From the NCBI GenBank assembly GCA_026770705.1, contig JANJGN010000035.1:8866001-8930000 (forward strand): a stretch of DNA of 64,000 bases, in the 5' to 3' direction. Under the pieces are notes generated by a model. The model saw only the letters and a list, made by a program, of their open reading frames with translations, did not search any database and had not been told where the DNA came from. Both the position numbers and the translations under genes were made by a program. Origin of the DNA: Isurus oxyrinchus (taxonomy: Eukaryota). Shown piece after piece: positions 61,835 to 64,000 of this stretch (its first letter is position 1; every line of letters begins with the position of its first letter).

Positions 61835-64000
61835 TTTTCCTTCATGTAAATGATGTGGGTTTCACTGACTGGAACAACATTTATTGTGCATCCCTAGCTG
61901 TCAAGCATAAGGTTCTGTTGAAATGACTTCTAGAAAAGCTGCAGCCCGTGAGCTTTAGGTGCACGTATATTTATGTGAGAAAATATTTCCAGTATTTTGT
62001 CCCAGTGACAGTGAAGTGATGGCTATATAATTCCCAGTGAAGATGGTGAGCGACATGGAGGGGAACTTCCAGCTCGAGCTGTTCCCAACTATTTGATGTA
62101 CTTGCTCTTCTAGATGGTAGTGGCTGTGAGTTTGAAACGTGCTGTCGAATGAGCCATGGTGATTTCCTGCAGTGTATCTTATAGATGGTACACACTGCTG
62201 CTGCTTTGCGTCGGTGGACGAGGGAGTATTTTTTTTTGGTGCCAATCATTCGAGCTGCTTTGCGCTTGAGAGTGTTAAGCTTCCTGACTCATAAGGGGAA
62301 CTACATTGAACCAGATATTTTGGGAATAGTCAACCACACTACTGCCTTGTGCTTTTAAGATGGTGGCAGTCTATTTTAAGAGAGGAGGTTGCTTACTGTT
62401 GCACAATTCCTAGCATCTGACCTGCTCTTGTAGCCAAAATATTAATAGGGCTATTCATGTTCAGTTTACAGTCAATGGTAACTAGCAGGAAGTTGATAGT
62501 GAGGGATTCCTTGAAGGTAATGCAAATGAGTATCAATGCTTCGTGGTTACATTCTGTTTTTTTGGAGATTGTCATTCCCTGGCACTTCTGTGGCGCGAAC
62601 GTTGCACGCAAATTATCTATCCAAGCCTGGATATTGTCCACGAATTGTTGCATTTCATGGTGGACTGTTTCAGTAGGCAAGAAAATGCGAAACGCACTGT
62701 GTATAGTACAATCATCAATGGACATCTCCACTTCCGACGCTACGATGGAAAGAACATCATTGATGAAGCAGTTGCGGATATCTGGGCCCAGGGCACTACC
62801 CTGAGGAAACTTCGCAGTGATGTCTTGCAGCTGAGATGACGGTCCTGCAACGTCCACAAACGCCGTCTATTATGTTAGGCATGACTCCAACCAGCCGAGA
62901 TTTCCACCCCTCTGATTTCCGTTGGCTCTAGTTTTGTTCGGGCCCCTTGACGCCACACTCGGTCAAATGATGCATTCGTGATAAGGGCATTAACTCTCAC
63001 CTCGCCTCGGGAGATCAGCGATATGTCTCTGTTTGGACCAAGGCTCTAATTAGGTCACGACCTTTTTCTCCCTGGCGATCCCAGACTAGGCATCAGTAAG
63101 CAGGTTATGGCTCAGCAAGTGCTGCTTGACAGCAGTGCTGATGACCCTCCCATTACTTTGCTGATGATCGAGAGAGGCTGATAATTGGCTGCATTCGAAT
63201 TGTCCTGCCCTTTGTGTACACAATTATGCACATTGCCCGGTGGATGCCACTGTTGTAGCTGTACAGGGACAGCTTGGCTGGGTGCGTGGCAAGTTCTGGA
63301 GTACATCTCTTCAATATTATTATCAGAATGTTTTCAGGGCCCATTGCCTGCAGTTTTTTCTTGATATGACTTAGAGTGAACTTAATCCACTGAAGATTGG
63401 CATATGTGATTTTGGACACATCTGGAGGACAAAGAAATGATTCATCGACTGAGAACTCCCTCTATAAATTGTAGCAAATGATTCAGCGTAATCTTTTGTA
63501 CTCATGTGCTGGACCCCTCCATCATTGAGAATGCTGCTAATTGTGGAGCCTAAATTCCATTGCGTTGTTTGATTCTCAATCACCATTCAAGACTGGACGT
63601 GCCAGAACAGCAGAGCTTTCATCTGATCTGTTTATTGTAAAATCGCTTAGCTCTCCCTATCACTTCCTGCTCATGCTGTTTTGCACGCAGGTGGAGCTGT
63701 GATTTGACACACATTTTTAGGTACGCATGGTGCTGTTCCTCTCATTCCCTCCTGCATTATTTCTTGAACGAGGGCTGATTTCCCCGCTTGAATGTCATGG
63801 TGCAATGTTGGATACATCGTGCCATGAGGTTACAGATTGTGTTCAGGTACAATTTTTGTTGCTGCGGACTGCTGAAAGCACCTCACGAAAAGCCTTTGAC
63901 TTGCCTGGCCTGTTCGAAATCTCTCCCATTTGGCATGGTGGTCGTGCCCAAAACACGATGGAGGGTTATCCCCAATGTGCAGGCTGGAAATTGTCCTCAA
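61835..64000 (-). mobile_element. LINE RT and 3' end (DIKxAFxRxWHQG family)
   Basis: ORFs 62393..62857 (FPQGSALGP..CFIND..SIDDCT..IQAW), 63112..63306 (ANYQPLSIISKVM), 63153..63419. Confidence 0.92.

Noticed and set aside
1-64000. CRISPR arrays, rRNA/tRNA genes, prokaryotic operons, endogenous viral ORFs
   Set aside because: No regularly spaced repeats or structured RNA genes were seen; tRNA-like boxes occur only in SINE heads; the long decayed frames are explained by plexin/FN3 homology.

Overview
Vertebrate nuclear DNA, most likely from a cartilaginous fish (inferred from the CR1, Penelope, Harbinger and SINE repertoire). It has one 198-N assembly gap at 22415-22612, and a large part of the window is decayed transposable elements. 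No intact protein-coding gene is visible, but two dead genes sit head-to-head. (1) Plus strand, 31380-57595: eight recognisable exons of an uncharacterised EHD/dynamin-like P-loop GTPase (GNHSAGKS, DTPG, KAD motifs). It is disabled by two nonsense codons and splice-site lesions, and its C-terminal exons were not found. (2) Minus strand, 25270 down to 1: a much older, heavily decayed and almost intron-free locus that the ORF track does not show as a gene. Hand translation across stops and frameshifts gives a signal-peptide exon, about three fibronectin type III (FN3)-like repeats, a transmembrane/juxtamembrane segment, and at least four tandem copies of a plexin-type cytoplasmic GAP domain. No Sema/PSI/IPT ectodomain was recognised. 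This putative 'FN3 + tandem plexin-GAP' receptor is the most unusual object in the window. All protein assignments are by-eye motif matches against remembered family consensus and need HMM/TBLASTN confirmation. A young fold-back Penelope-derived mini-element with a 14-bp target-site duplication and a hammerhead-like motif is also present.
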